The notes beneath the pieces were generated by a model, which searched no databases, was not told where the DNA came from, and saw only the letters and a program-made list of their open reading frames with translations. Below are positions 12,338-23,810 of a stretch of 64,000 nt of DNA, one piece after another (within the stretch, counting starts at the first letter, position 1; each line of letters begins with the position of its first letter). The stretch comes from Octopus bimaculoides (taxonomy: Eukaryota): NCBI RefSeq assembly GCF_001194135.2, contig NC_068983.1:31817858-31881857 (forward strand), given 5' to 3'. The position numbers and the translations under genes are program-made.

Positions 12338-12557
12338 GGCATATGGTGTAGTGGTTTAGAGCGCAGGCTACTAACCCCAAGATTCTGAGTTCGATTCCAG
12401 GCAGTGACCTGAATAATTATAATAATAACAACAACAACAACAACATCGAAAAATACCTTAGGAATGAGAACCCAGGTTCTAAATTTCCCCAAGACACTTG
12501 ATGAAGGCTGGAGGGTATATCAGCTGAAACGTGTTAACAACAAACAAGATGAGGACA
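12338..12557 (+). mobile_element. tRNA-headed SINE with hammerhead-like tail (family C), runs into gap
   Basis: A-box TGGTGTAGTGG, B-box GAGTTCGATTCC, (AAT/AAC)n, then GACAC-TTGATGA-A-GGCTG...CAGCT-GAAAC-GTGTT. Confidence 0.85.
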
Positions 12558-14178
12558 NNNNNNNNNNAAATAAAATCTGTACATTTTTTAACTTATTAAC
12601 TCTTGTGAAGATATACATAGCATTATATTAGCATGTTTTAATAACTACCCAAACACATAGACATGTGTATGTGACTGATAGGGAGTGAACATACATGTAG
12701 ATATATACATGCAAGCATGTATCATGCATACATACATACATACATACATACATACAAATGAAATGCAGGCATGACTATATAGTTACAAAGTTTGCTTTGC
12801 AACTATATCATTTCGAGTTCAATCCTGCTGCATGGCACCTTGTGCAAGTGTCTTCTATTGCTGTCAACCAATGTCTTTTGAGCAGATTAGTAGACAAAGC
12901 TGTATAAAACATGTTATGCGTATATATATGTATGTATATGTCTTGTCTTGAAATTTGAGCACTAATTGTGAATGAAATCACCATTCATACCAACAGGGTC
13001 ATTTGCAGTCTTCCATAAAAATATGCCTGGCCTTTGATCTTTTCATTGTTTGAGGAACTAGGGGAGGTATTACTTCGAATGGAAATTAGTGAGGGTTGGT
13101 CACATAAATAGTGGATATCAAAATGATAATGATGGTGTGTGTGTAAGAAAGGAAATTTCTGCATTGAAACTAAGAAAAGAAGTTGGTGTAATGTTAAGCT
13201 TTACAAAAGATTTCATGTTTTACAGTAGTAGTGGTAGTAATAGCGGTGGTGGTTGTAATTGTAATATTTGTAATGTTACTGTAGTGATGTAATACTGGTT
13301 CAAGAGAGAAGTGGTAGCAGGAATGGTTTGGTGATGGTTGTTGCTATTGAAAATTGGTGGTGGCTCAGAAATTTGTCATCTCCCACACAATTGAACTTGA
13401 TTCAACCTCACTTGGATAATATCAAAAAGAGAGGGAGTTTATAGAAGGAAGAGAAAAAGTCAAAAAGTACAACTTACTGATGAAACTTAGCATTTGATTG
13501 TAAACATGCTCAAAAGCTTTCCATTTTTGCTTTTGAACAAGGCACTTGTCTGGCTGAATTTATCTGCAGCTGAGATAACGACTTGTAGTTGCAATTCATG
13601 TAGAAACACTATCACAGATTTCTTTGGCCAAATAACATTCATCTACTTAATCATGTTTACAAATCCACATGCCCTTCCCCTCTTAGACCCTCCAATTATC
13701 AAATTTAAAATGCATAAAATTTTACTGCTCTGTTGCATTAATAACTTATTGGTTGACTCGCTCAAACTAAAGCATAAACATCATAGTTATCCATATTTAT
13801 TTCCTTTAAAATTCCAAGCTCATTCATAAGATAATTTATTTCTTTTGTCTACACTCATGGCCAACTTTTACTAGGAATGCAGCATAGCTAATTGAATAGA
13901 TTCACATTGTATTACTGGTACTTATTTTACTCCCTTCACCATCCCCATAATAAATGAGAAACAATTATCTGATGAAATATGAAGCCAAGCTGTAGTCCAA
14001 TGAGCTGTTGCTATCATTACTACTACTACTATGGCTGTAGGGCAAACACAAAATTATAGAACACTGAAGTAAATGCCTAGTAAGTATATCAATGTTGTAC
14101 CTGTCAAAAACTACTGTCTGTTTTATTAGTTATACCCTTCCCCTCAAAATTGCTGGTCCTGTGCCTAAATTAAAAACA

Positions 14179-14216
<38 letters not shown>

Positions 14217-15102
14217 CATCATCATTGTAAAAAGGGCAGAGCTTGTCAAGATGGGTATTTAATTATGTCTCTTTACATTCCGGCTTCAAATCCCATCAAG
14301 ATTCATTGAGACTTTCATCCTTCTGAGTTAAGTACTGAGTGTCCACAATTGACTAACCACTCCCCACAAATGAGACTTGGTGCCTGTGTAAAAATTCATT
14401 ATGTTTACTATCATAGAATTCATTTGCTGTACTATTGGAAGTAAACTAGCAATTTGAATCTATACCCCAGTTGCTTAACCTTATCATTTCACTCTACATT
14501 GATTCCTTTTAGTAAGACATGACCATCATGCAATCTCTTTCTCCTTTCCCCCTGCAATTCTTAGACTTTGGCCAAGTATAAAATCAGAATTGGGAGAAGG
14601 GTAAACCTTTTTGTTTTTTATTTATATTTTTTCATATAATTCTTTGACATTTAAAAAAAAATTGCTTGTGCAATATGGTTATGAGGTTAAGTGTGGATTA
14701 AAAAGACAGCTAACCTCATTGTTACGGTCATATCTCTCCGCCAAGTAAAAAATATTACACTACTTGTCTGGATCTGCACAGCTATAAAAATAAGAGGACA
14801 TATCTCGACCTCTTGTTGAATTGTTATAAAATTTATCAAGTTTTAGAAATTAAACAGACAAAAAAAAGACAAACACTTCTTCCAAAGATTCATATGCAAA
14901 TATCCAGATTTGCAAAAAGAATTTCTGCCCATGCTAGCATGGGATGGCGGGAATAATTATATAAATCTGTACAAAAAAAGGCTGCATTTTAATTTTTGTT
15001 GGGTTTTTCTTTTTGCGTTGTTGCATTCTTTTTGTTTTATTCTTGTTTTATTTTTCATTAGTGTAAATGTAGGCTATATTTTAAATGTTTATCTTCTCTC
15101 TT

Positions 15103-15140
<38 letters not shown>

Positions 15141-15177
15141 ACTCTCTCAATCAAAGAAAAATTTGTGTTATTGTGTA

Positions 15178-15354
15178 TCAAAGCTTGGTTTGCATGCTTT
15201 CTCCCTCTTCTGCCCCTTCCTCCTCTACCTCTTCTTCTGCTGATGCCTCCTGTGCCACTGCTTCTTCTTCCATCACGTTTCCCTCCTCTTCTGTTTCTGT
15301 GATTGTGGGTTCAGCTTCCATTAACATATCACTTTCTTCTTCCATAGTCTCCAC
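15178..15354 (-). CDS. Terminal coding exon of unidentified acidic-protein gene (gene B)
   Basis: ttacttttgtag acceptor, phase 0. VETMEEESDMLMEAEPTITETEEEGNVMEEEAVAQEASAEEEVEEEGAEEGESMQTKL then TGA. AATAAA on the minus strand about 130 nt downstream (~15046-15052). Confidence 0.85.
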   Translation of the reverse strand: METMEEESDMLMEAEPTITETEEEGNVMEEEAVAQEASAEEEVEEEGAEEGESMQTKL

Positions 15355-16062
15355 CTACAAAAGTAATTGGTTTATAAATTTATTAAAATTAAATATCATT
15401 ATCATAAAAATGGCACACCAGACAAAATGGTTTGCAGCATTTCTTCCAACTTTACATTCTGAGTACAAATACCTCTGAGTCAACTTTGCCTTTCAATCTT
15501 TTGGGGTCTAGCGCTGGGGTTGATGTAATCAACTAGCGTCTTCTCCCAAAATTTTAGGTCTTATGTCTATAGTAGAAAGAATTGTTACTATTATAAAATA
15601 CCAAATACTGCTAACTTTATTTAAACTTAGCAATTTGGTGTTTTATAAAAATATGAAAGAATTGTCACATTTGGCCTTGTCAGTCTCGTGTTAGATACAG
15701 TGGCTAAAAGAACCCAAGTTCAAATCCAATAACTAGTGCTGGACTGGTGTGAATTTGGCAGAACATAAGTAAATTTTCATTGCCTGTAAGATTTCAATTG
15801 ATTGATTTAAAGTCCTTGGTTTGGAGGACTGAGATATATTCATAACCTTCCCGATGCTGTTTGTGGCATAAAAAAACTAGCATCAACAAGGCAGTTCAAA
15901 ACTGCAGCACAATTTTAACTTTCTGGAACTTAAAACTCTTACACTACAGTGTTAGGCCCCAAAAGAGAAGCTCTTTGTGTGTGTGTGCTTGCATGTTTGT
16001 TGTTTTGCCCCAAGTCAGTGTCTTGATCCAGCAGATGAAAGCTATGTCAATCCCATGTTTAA

Positions 16063-16178
16063 CCCTTTAGCATTTAAACTGAACATGTTCAGCCTAAATA
16101 TTCTACTTAGATGATTATTTGGAAACAATGAGAATAAATAAACTTTACATTTGACAGAGTTATCTGAATGCTTAAGGG
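16063..16178 (+). mobile_element. piggyBac-type MITE, internally deleted copy
   Basis: TTAA|CCCTTTAGCATT...AATGCTTAAGGG|TTAA: TTAA duplication with CCC/GGG termini. Confidence 0.7.
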
Positions 16179-17720
16179 TTAAGTGGTTCTGCATTGTGCA
16201 TGCTAGCATGGAAGGCAGACATTAAATGATGATGATGATGTATTTACAGTATGTATTGACCTTTTAAGGTAGTTGGGTATGATTTAAAAGAGATTTAGTT
16301 GCTGTTTATAGCAGGTCAGGTGATCACATAGAGGCTCCTATGTTGGCTCAACACACACACACTACATATATATAGCAAAAGGATTGGACTTAGATATTTT
16401 GTGGTACAAAGTTTGATAACTGACATGGTTGAAATTTAAACAGCTACATCTCCAGGATGTGCTTTTGTGTTCATCTCTAACCTTGCAGTACGTATCAGGT
16501 TTAATTGTTATTATGGGAAAATCCAAGTAATGCTTAAAAGAAATTAAACTCTACACAAAAAATAAATTTAAGTGTCTGTTCCATAAGCTCCATATATCTC
16601 TTAGAACAAAGTACTTTACACAATACATTTATATATATTTTCAAATCAAAATTATAGATTTACTTTTTAATGGCCAACTATGAGGACTAAAGTAGTTATG
16701 ACCACCTCCCTTCCTCAGGTTAAATTACACAAAAACAGCTTATATCAATCAACTAATCATACTTTCATTTTGTCTACAATAAAGATAGTGGATGACAGCA
16801 TACTGTCTACAAAGATGATTGGTATCAGTCTCTGTCTGGTTCTTGAAAAGCTCTGCTCACAACCCAACAAAAATACATTGTATGTTTTAGTCTGAGGAGG
16901 TAGTGCAGTCCCTACTCTTGATCTTTTATCTAAGGCCTCTTATATAGATAAATGAAATAAAGGAGGGAACCATAACTTATGAGTTGCTATGATTGAAAGT
17001 AATGTATCAGAGTATTGTTCTGTTTTTAGACCAGAGACTTGGTGTGTATGCTTGCTGCAGAGTGGACTCTGCTAAAGTAACCTCATGCCAGATGATGGTA
17101 TTGAGCCACTCTATGGATTTAGTCTACTGCTACCCCCAAAGAGGTACAGTCCTTCTGAAGTGTTTCCATCTACCCAATTTCACTCAAAATATTGGCATCA
17201 TTGCTCTACCTAGTTGGCCAAGAATTTATCACATTCTATGGTTAATCAGTGGGGCAAGCCATTCCACTGCCAGTTCCTTTCATTCAGGATTGAGATTCCA
17301 AACTTTAAAATAAAGAGCTAACCAATTTAAGAACACCCTCTACTCTTGTGCCATTCACATCCTGAACAGACAACCATCTACAAACCAACTTATGTATAAT
17401 TACCATTCTATATCCTGTTGCTCTTTTAAAGTTAATTACCTCAACTTACACAATAAACTGTGTATAACTGAACTCAATTAAATCTCATTTCATTTTATGT
17501 GAGAAGCACTTACAGCATATATTAGTGAAGGATCCTTTTTGAAGTCTTATGATCTTTACAACAGGATCAGTTTGCAACATTGCCAGTATAAAGGACAAAT
17601 GCTAATGCAACAAGCCATCACTGGATTACATGTATGAATAAGCTACTCAACTAGCATCTTCCAGTGTTCCTCTAATGTCTCATTAAAAGTAGAAGTTTAA
17701 AAAATAAATTGTTTGCTTAC

Positions 17721-17770
17721 TGCTATTTCTTTGATAATCTCCTCACTTTCAGTTTTTAGTTCTTCTGATG
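17721..17770 (-). CDS. Gene B exon, phase 1 to 0
   Basis: attatttttttcag acceptor, GCA|gtaagc donor, 50 nt, (A)SEELKTESEEIIKEIA. Joins in frame to 18544-18578 and 15178-15354. Confidence 0.85.
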
Positions 17771-18543
17771 CTGAAAAAAAATAATAATGTTGGTGATGAT
17801 AAGGCCACAAATTTTTTGTGCGATATTATTATAACCAATGTAATTAATGTTAGAACATGACTATTTTCTTTAGCTGTACTCTACCATTTCTACTATAAGG
17901 ACCTGCAATTTTTGGTGCAAGATCTTCAGTTTTTAGGAGAGAAGTTATTGTCAATTATATCAGTATTCAAGCCAAACTAATATTTATTTTATCACTCCTA
18001 AAATAATGAAAAGCTAAGTCTACTTAAGTAGAACTTAAAATATCTTAGACATAATTGCTGCCATTCCCCTAATAGTTTGCTGTACTTTATTTGACATTAT
18101 ATTTCAGTTTGCTTTGTTGTTAGTCAGCTCTTATCAAGGAGCCCAGGGATCAAAAGCATTCTAGGTTTGACCATCCTATCTTTTGTTTTATTTTCAGACA
18201 TAATGTATTAAGATGCAAGGATGTCATTTGAGTGAAGTTGACTGTTTCTAACAAGTTACATAGCAATGGAGATAGTAGCTCCCTTGTTAGTATATGATTG
18301 GAAGGTGATCCAAATATTATTTCTAGCAGTTCATGCAACCATGTTGAGGTTCCCACTTAAGCACATGATTTGAGGGAAATTTGGCTCCTATTTTCTTTGC
18401 AGTTTCACATTGAGAAAATTTATGTTCAGGCTTTAATAACAGAGGAGGATTAGTCATAATCTGATTAACGCTTTCTCAAAATTCTTTTATTTTATTCTAT
18501 AGATATTCTAACTAATTAAGGTAGAATACAATCTGTTACTTAC

Positions 18544-18578
18544 CTGTTATATCCACTTCTTCTTTTACTTCTTCTTGC
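18544..18578 (-). CDS. Gene B small exon, phase 2 to 1
   Basis: ttttctaacaatag acceptor, CAG|gtaagt donor, 35 nt, QEEVKEEVDIT. Phase-compatible on both sides. Confidence 0.8.
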
Positions 18579-19029
18579 CTATTGTTAGAAAAGTGAACAT
18601 TGTATGTGTGTGTTTCATATATACAATTACAATTTCTCAAGTACTATAAATTAGATGTACATTATGACAGTGGTCGTGTCAAATATATGAAAGTTTCATA
18701 AACAAAAATTATAAAAAGACATTACTAGAAATCTGATAGGTCTGGTTGGATAGGAATGTTTTGTTTATTAATATTAAAGATTCTCTTGAGTTTCTGATGT
18801 CATCTCTCAGCTACTTCCTGCAGCCTAGCCAGATAACACTTTCCTCAATACATGTTCTGTTCTGAGTGTGGCCACCAACTGTACTTCTAACTTTTTATGC
18901 TAGGTTTTTGTGTTTCCCCCTGATGGTTCTGAGTACATCAATCATGATGGGTATCACACTCAATTTTGAAGGCTTATGAATATACTTCTTTTCAAATTAT
19001 CATAATTTTTTTTATTATTATCATTATCA

Positions 19030-19030
<1 letters not shown>

Positions 19031-19103
<73 letters not shown>
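19031..19103 (+). repeat. (TTA)n microsatellite
   Basis: Directly visible. Confidence 0.95.
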
Positions 19104-19104
<1 letters not shown>

Positions 19105-19704
19105 CTTCGTAACACAGTGTAGGTAAAAATGCACCAGAGTCTTTAGTCATCTGTCAAGTCACAACAAGTACCTCAGACAGATAATACTTTCATTAAAATG
19201 TGCGCTGTGTCCAATAAGGTTGCTTTTTGCAAGACATCAATCTTGCATGGGATTTCCAGTTGCCTTAAGAAGTTTTGAAGTTTCAATGGAATTGAGTCAG
19301 TGCTCCAATCACCACTGGTTATTATTATTCCACTTGTCACACTGCATTTGTTGTTGATTGTGTAATAAGATGTCAGCTGTCCACACCCAGTGGACTGTAG
19401 TAGCACCTCAATTGTCAGGCTCTTTTCTAAGTTTTCTAGCAGTTCCTAGAAGTGTTGTTTTCTGTAAGTGCCCCTTCCCGATGGGATCCCTAAGTTTTTA
19501 AAATTAGTTTTCAATTCTGATGTTCACAGTACTAAATGCCCCAACAACAACTGGGACTGCCTCAACCTTTTCCATTACACAAATGTTTTATCTCCTATGC
19601 TAGTAGTTATTATTACTACTACTGCTATTACTACACAATTAGAGGAATGCAATACAAAAACATGTTGAATGATGATAATGAGATATATATATATATATAT
19701 ATAT

Positions 19705-19868
19705 AGGCACAGGAGTGGCTGTGTGGTAAGTAGCTTGCTTACCAACCACATGATTCTGGGTTCAGTCCCACTGCATGGCACCTTGTGCAAGTGTCTTCTA
19801 CTATAGCCTCAGGCCAACCAAAGCCTTATGAGTGGATCTGGTAGATGGAAACTGGAAGAAGCCCATCG

Positions 19869-19911
<43 letters not shown>

Positions 19912-20080
19912 TAGTGTGTGTGTGTTTGTGTCCCCGTAACTTAGTAGTTCGGCAAAAGGGACCGATAGAATTAGTACTAGGCTTACAAAGAATAGATCCT
20001 GGGGTCAATTTGCTTCACTAATGGCAGTGCTCCAGCGTGGCTGCAGTCAAATGACTGAAACAAGTAAAAGAATAAAGAAT
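19705..20080 (+). mobile_element. tRNA-derived SINE family A, near full length, internal (TA)/(TG) tract
   Basis: A-box TGGCTGTGTGG, B-box GGTTCAGTCCC, core caccttg.gcaagtgtcttctactatagcc...gagtggat.tggtaga.ggaaactg. Other copies at ~187-345, 7628-8055, 11112-11460, 12766-13030, 32625-32720, 33590-33725 and 63488-63600. Confidence 0.85.
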
Positions 20081-20227
20081 ATATATTTTTTTATGTAACG
20101 TAGCTAAACATGTTGAAACTGATACGGACAGCTGTAAGATCTGAACATTTGACAGAATGGCCAGTAGACCAGCACTTCAACCTCATAACCATTGTACTTC
20201 CTAGCTTTTGGTATGAAAATAACTTAC

Positions 20228-20306
20228 GTGTTCTCTGCTTCATCTTCACTTTCTGTTGTTAATGATTCTTCTGACAAAGATAATTTTTCACTTTGTAATC
20301 TGTTAT
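20228..20306 (-). CDS. Gene B exon, phase 1 to 2
   Basis: ttatcttctag acceptor, AC|gtaagt donor, 79 nt, (D)NRLQSEKLSLSEESLTTESEDEAEN(T). Confidence 0.85.
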
Positions 20307-20451
20307 CTAGAAGATAATTTTCATAGTTTAGCATTCCACATTAAATATGTATTGGTTTCTTTTGGATTGGGGAGAGACAAGTAAGTTGATATGAAGCTCA
20401 TGCTTTTCCAACATTATCTACTGCATAATTTAATTGATGGAGGTGATGACA

Positions 20452-21000
20452 AGTGACCAAAACTTTTGGAGATATACTGTGCTTGAGAAGACCCGGCAAG
20501 CCAAATGAGATCATAACCGTGGCCTATGCCAGTGCAGCATAACTGGCTCATTTAAGAGCACCCTTATATCGTTGGGCAATAAACTGTGCTTGTGAAGACC
20601 TGTTGAGTCAAGTGAAGTCATTGTCGTGGGCGATGACAGTACTGCCTGATTGGCACCCATACCAGTGGCACATAAAATGCACCATTTGAGCGTGGTCATT
20701 GCCAGTACCACTTGACTGGCTCCTGTGCTGACTGGTTCCGTGCTGGTGGCATGTAAAAAGCACCATTCAAGCATGGTCAATGCCAGTACCGCCTGACTGG
20801 CCGTCATGCCGGTGGCATGTAAAAAGCACCCACTACACTCTCAGAGTGGGTGGCATTAGGAAGGGCATCTAGCTGTAGAAACTTTGCAAGATCAGATTGG
20901 AACCTGGCTCAGCCTTCTGGCTTGCTAGCCCTCAGTCAAACCGTCCAATCCATGCCAGCATGGAAAGCGGATGTTAAACAATGATGATGATGATGATGAT
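20452..21000 (+). mobile_element. Composite non-autonomous retroelement (family B): tandem internal modules plus RTE-type (ATG)n tail
   Basis: Repeated tgtgcttgagaagacc...gccagt...gtaaaaagcacc modules, then ttaggaagggcatccagctgtagaaac...gtccaacccatgccagcatggaaagcggacgttaaacgatgatg. Related copies at 4110-4395, 28145-28460(-), 29438-29859, 35165-35295, 42560-42695, 45890-46175 and 54170-54360(-). Confidence 0.85.
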
Positions 21001-22016
21001 ATGAGGTTTCAACTACAATTCAAAACCTGATTACGGACTTGGTTTGATTGCAGCTTTATTTTCAGTAGCAAACTAATAAATACATTTATGACAATGAGCT
21101 CTCCCATCGAAAACTATATATGAAGACTCAGTAACAGTGACTTGTATGCAAAGCTTTGATTTGCTTGTTCCACTAACCTTCAACACTACAGGATTTTAAG
21201 AACAACATTGAAAGTGTTGATACTGACAACCTGCTCAAATAATGTATTTTTAAATGGAGTAAATTTGTACAGAGTCTGCTCCTAATTGTTGAAAACTCTC
21301 CTCTTAACTAACGTAAACTGAACTGCTGCACAATGTGTCATGTACCACACAAAAAGATGCATGTTAGGGAAAGGTAGGAATACTAATTAAAGTAGACTGA
21401 TGTTGATCTTCTTCACGATTCACAGTCTACATCATATATGAAGTTCCCCCTTGCCTAAGTTTATCTAGTAATGCTAAACATACACCAAAGCAGGTTGCAA
21501 GATCAAAACCAGAATACACAGAATAGCACACATAACTGCAATGTGATACATCAAAACTCATTGGTTAAGATTTTTGCACAGGTTTGCTAGCATAGAACAT
21601 AATTGCAACTTCCTTTGAGATACTCTTCTGGAAAATTTCCAAGGTAATGCTCACATTGCTAGTTGGCAGTTGATCCTATGCAAGGTCCATCTGTTCTTTG
21701 GACAGGACTTGTTTCTGTCCTGTTGAATTTCTAGTAACCCTTTTCACTAGGATGGCCTGGTAGATGTGTCAGTTAGTTTTTGATGACCCAACCAAGTGAT
21801 TGGTTGCATTAGATTACATATTACTGGTAGCACACTCACAAACAAACTGACATTATACACCCACAACCCACACCACATATACCGTATGTTTAATAAAGGT
21901 ATACTTAATCTTGCTGTGAAATTATTGTGATCAAATCTCAGCTTTTCAGCAGCTTGGACTGAAGATTAAACTGACTAAATTTGTCCATTATTAAATACTA
22001 ATCAAAAATCAGTTAC

Positions 22017-22674
22017 CACTGCCTTTCAAACTGTCAAAGTTAACAATCGTATAGCCACTTGTAAATACATGAACAAAATCATGACATGCATAAAAATGAG
22101 GTTTTGCCAACTTACTGTTTGACATTCTTTTAGAATTGTATTCTTCCAATATTTCTGAGACTAAACTGCTGCTATTTTTGTCCACTTCTAGGTCAATCAG
22201 ATCCAGATCTTCTGCATTGTTTTCTATGCTCACCTCCTCCTCACCTTTCTCTTCTTTCTTTTCTTCATTGTCATCATCGCTTTTATTGTCTTTGTCACTT
22301 TGGTGATCAATATTATCTTCAACGGAGCTGGCAGTCTGATTGATATCTTCAGTTTGATCATCATGAGAACATGGGCTTTGTTTGAGGGATAAATCCTCAC
22401 CAACATCCTCTGTCAACAAAGTAACTACTTCAATACCAGTATCTACTCCTCCACTTTGCTCTTTATCATTTGCATCTTCAATGCTGCTCTTGCTACTGCT
22501 GCTGCTGCTACTACTGCTGCTACTACTACATTTCTTGATGTTCTTGTTTTTGATTTTATCTGTCAGAACAATTGGCATCAAATTGGTCTGTTGTTTCTTG
22601 TTGACTTCCTTGCTCTCTGTACTTTGTCCTATGAAGTGAACAGTGTCTTTGCCTTCGTGGGAAATGAACTCTAA
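22017..22674 (-). CDS. Gene B large acidic, Ser-rich exon, phase 0 to 1
   Basis: Inside ORF 22009-22776. ctattttgcag acceptor, G|gtaact donor, 658 nt. LEFISHEGKDT...poly-Ser...DDDNEEKKEEKGEEE...KPHFYACHDFVHVFTSGYTIVNFDSLKGS. Confidence 0.85.
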
Positions 22675-22906
22675 CTGCAAAATAGAATTGAGAGGGAATT
22701 TGAAGATCTTAGCTGTCATAATGGTTATGGTGATGGTAGTGGAACATTGACACAGAAAATGAATGGGGGCAACCATTATAGAAATAGCATGTAGTCAAAG
22801 AGATAGTGTTACCAGCAATGATTGATGTTGTGTGGACAAGGTGTGACTTTAACAATGAACTCTACTAAGAGACTGACAGAAGGTTGAATGTTAGACAAGC
22901 TTATAC

Positions 22907-23064
22907 CCTTAATAAATTTGGATGAGTTCTTACATTTATATAAGACACAAATATGTGTTCTTGTTGTTTAACCCCCAGATCAATTCTGTAATCAGACATT
23001 TTAAAAACTTCTATGGGAATACAGGGTTCAGACAATGTATGTTGGACTATATTTTCTTTGTGGC
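22907..23064 (-). CDS. Gene B exon (acceptor uncertain), phase 1 to 0
   Basis: Inside ORF 22901-23104. ttttacacag acceptor (alternative AGs nearby), AGG|gtataa donor (or AAT|gtaaga). (G)HKENIVQHTLSEPCIPIEVFKMSDYRIDLGVKQQEHIFVSYINVRTHPNLLR. Confidence 0.65.
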
Positions 23065-23266
23065 CTGTGTAAAATGTGGCTATTATTTCTAGCATATCAA
23101 GCAATTACAGGACATTTTTGGTATTTATTTTAATGAATGAATCCAGTTTGAATGTTGAAGTCAACACCACTGGATTTGAAATTAAAATGTAGTGATTTTG
23201 CTTGGCTCACCTAAATATTTGCCATTCTACCAGCTTAATGATAATAACAACAACAATAACAATAAT

Positions 23267-23810
23267 GGTTTCAAATTTTGATACAAGCCAGCAGTTTTTA
23301 GGGAAGAGGCTAAGTTGATTATATCAACCCCAATACTCAACTGGTACTTATTTTATCAATCCTGAAAAGATGAAAGGCAAAGTCAGCCTCAGCAGAATAG
23401 GAACTCAGAACATAAAACTTGAAACAATTATAATAATAATAATAATAGTTTCAAATTTTGGCAAAAGGCCAGAAATTTCATGAGAAAGGGCTGAGTCAAT
23501 TATATCGACCCCAGTGATAAACTGGTACTTATTTCATCAAACCTGAAAGGATGAAAGGCAAAGTTGACTTCAGTGGAATTTGAACTTGAAACATAAAGAT
23601 GGACAAAATGCTGCTAAACATTTTGCCCAGTGGTCTAACAATTCTGCCAACTTGCTGCCTTCTTAATAATCCTTTCTACTACAGGCAAATGGCCTGAAAT
23701 TTTGAGAGAGGAGGATAGTCGATTACATCAACCCCAGTACTTGACTGGTATTTAATTTATTGACCCTTAAAGGATGAAAGGCAAGTCAACCTCAGTAGAA
23801 TTTGAACATG
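23267..23810 (-). mobile_element. Tandem trimer of tRNA-derived SINE family D in a gene B intron
   Basis: Three units containing aactggtacttattt...gaaaggatgaaaggcaaagt.gacct, separated by (AAT)n-like tails. Single copies at ~14225-14395, 15405-15575, 24840-24960, 29930-30090 and 37661-37880. Confidence 0.8.

Noticed and set aside
12338-12410. Possible tRNA gene (also SINE heads at 19705, 37661, 47571)
   Set aside because: A/B boxes are present but the acceptor and anticodon stems do not pair, and each continues into a SINE body.
14910-15478. Plus-strand ORFs 14910-15302 and 15173-15478
   Set aside because: Antisense shadows of the Glu-rich terminal exon plus a (CT)n tract.
20560-20830. CRISPR-like or spacer-repeat array in the modular repeats
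   Set aside because: Units are degenerate tandem modules of a dispersed retroelement, with no unique spacers and no cas genes, in eukaryotic DNA.
22382-22674. Plus-strand ORFs with poly-Leu/poly-Ala
   Set aside because: Antisense frames of the poly-Ser exon of gene B.
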